Assembly (NCBI RefSeq): GCF_018350175.1
Contig: NC_058374.1
Location: forward strand, 129,518,001-129,582,000
Direction: 5' to 3'
Source: Felis catus
Taxonomy: Eukaryota
Length of the DNA: 64,000 nt
Position numbers and translations under genes: made by a program. Each line of letters begins with the position of its first letter. The stretch's first letter is position 1. This document shows positions 62,903-64,000 of the stretch, one piece after another. The notes beneath the pieces are model-generated. The model did not search any database, had not been told where the DNA came from, and saw only the letters and a list, made by a program, of their open reading frames with translations.

Positions 62903-63101
62903 AGAGGCGCCTGGGCGGCTCAGTCAGTTGAGCATCCAGCTTCCACTCAGGTCATGATCTCACAGTTCGTGATTTCAAGCCCCGCATCGGGCTCACTGCT
63001 ATCAGCATTGAACCCGCTTCGGATCCTCTCTACCACCCATCCCCCTCAGCCCCTCCCCTACTCATGTTCTTTCTCAAGAATAAACATTTAAAAAAAAAAA
63101 A
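62903..63101 (+). mobile_element. CAN-SINE in intron 7
   Basis: TSD AAAAGTTAGCAT at 62889-62900 and 63102-63113. Confidence 0.92.
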
Positions 63102-63248
63102 AAAAGTTAGCATCAACCCTCTGTCTGCCCCCCTCCAGGATTTCCTTTCCCTTTCTTTTCTTCATTCTCCCCTTCCGTGACTGCTTTCCCTTGTATGTTT
63201 TGTCCGGATTCATTTATTGTAACTTGCTTTGCCCTGATCTGATTGCAG

Positions 63249-63354
63249 ATTTGGAAGCAAAAAGCTCAGTATCTGCAACACAAACAGAACAAAGCAGAAG
63301 CTACAACTGTGAAAAGAAAAGCCTCCTGCTCGGAAGTTCCCGTGAAAGTAAAAG
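63249..63354 (+). CDS. HMGXB4: HMGXB4 exon 8 (106 bp), end of HMG box: IWKQKAQYLQHKQNKAEATTVKRKASCSEVPVKVK
   Basis: Acceptor TTGCAG|, donor AAG|GTAGGG. Confidence 0.95.
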
Positions 63355-63514
63355 GTAGGGGCTCCGACCTCTTTTCCTGAGAGCATGGTGAATTTGGCTT
63401 CCTAACCAGGAAATTGGGAGTGCAGCCTATATCAGAAGCAGATCTTGATACCCACATATTATCACTGAATATTATAGATTGCAAAAAAAAAAAACAAAAT
63501 TAGAAAATATAAAT

Positions 63515-63710
63515 CAGAAGTCATCAAACTTTTTCTAAAAAGGGGCAGAGAGTAAATATTTTAGATCTTGTGAGCCAAAGGCACTCTCTGTCACATATTC
63601 TCCTTTATTTTTTCTACAACCATTTAAAAATGTGAAGCCATTCTTAGCTCACAGGCTATGCAAAAACATGTACAGATTTGGCCCACAGTCCACGGTTTTG
63701 CTAAGGCCTG
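63515..63710. mobile_element. MER58-like hAT MITE in intron 8
   Basis: CAG..GTCATCAAACTTTTTCT...AGTAAATATTTTAG...CATTCTTAGCTCACAGGC...GATTTGGCCCAC...CCTG. Confidence 0.8.
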
Positions 63711-63805
63711 GTATAGGTCGTAACAGGGGGAAATCAGGAAGAAGATTTTTGTGGTGTTCCAGGCCATGGGTAAGCTTTATCTCTCTATTTCGTCTCTGTT
63801 CTCAG

Positions 63806-63975
63806 CTTCCTCTGCAGGAGTACTGTCTCCCCAGAAGAAATCCCCACCCACCACCATGCTGTTACCAGCCTCGCCAGCCAAAGCCCCTGAGACAGAGCCC
63901 ATTGATGTCGCTGCTCATCTACAGCTGCTGGGAGAGTCCCTAAGCCTCATTGGACACCGCCTGCAGGAAACCGAG
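63806..63975 (+). CDS. HMGXB4: HMGXB4 exon 9 (170 bp): (A)[56 protein letters not shown]
   Basis: Acceptor TCTCAG|, donor GAG|GTGAGT. Confidence 0.95.
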
Positions 63976-64000
63976 GTGAGTGGCACTATAAGCATAGCTC

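Larger units (their letters stand above)
41262..64000 (+). other. HMGXB4: HMGXB4 (HMG-box containing 4 / HMG2L1) gene, exons 1-9; 3' exons continue beyond the window
   Basis: The spliced translation DCFDGDHSSEDTGLAAGRSQREKKRSYKDFL...PKKKNMSAYQVFCKEYRVTIVADHPGIDFGELSKKLAEVWKQLPEKDKLIWKQKAQY...IGHRLQETE matches the recalled mammalian HMGXB4 protein. Exon phases chain correctly. TSS is approximate. Confidence 0.97.

Noticed and set aside
9748-63101. tRNA-like A/B boxes (TGGCTCAGTCGG...GTTCGAGCCC)
   Set aside because: tRNA-derived SINE heads, not tRNA genes
1-64000. CRISPR arrays, operons or other prokaryote-type systems
   Set aside because: Mammalian DNA; all repeats seen are explained by TSDs, microsatellites or interspersed elements

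Overview
Mammalian genomic DNA from a cat-family (Felidae) genome, judged by dense SINEC_Fc-type CAN-SINEs and felid/carnivore L1 fragments. Bases 1 to ~41,000 are a repeat-rich intergenic region (CAN-SINEs, L1, MaLR/ERVL LTRs, hAT MITEs, MIR/L2) with no credible protein-coding gene. A CpG-island promoter at ~41.05-41.85 kb starts HMGXB4 (HMG2L1) on the + strand. Seven coding exons (3-9) are resolved to the base with GT-AG boundaries and consistent phases. The ATG-bearing exon 2 appears to lie in an N run (45691-45926), and the last exons lie beyond the window. Almost all entries in the ORF track are spurious or repeat-derived. I found no convincing new multi-gene system. The best leads are: (1) a TOP-like tract plus a perfect TISU/YY1 element whose ATG opens a 15-codon uORF in exon 1; (2) two inverted L1 copies ~24 kb apart sharing unusual substitutions at conserved ORF2 residues; (3) a perfect 16-bp duplication that creates a tandem ETS/GABP site upstream of the promoter; (4) an orphan triple CCAAT cluster; (5) a GC-biased substitution cluster and slippage-prone coding repeats in exon 5. 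Repeat family names and comparisons with human HMGXB4 come from recall, not from database searches.
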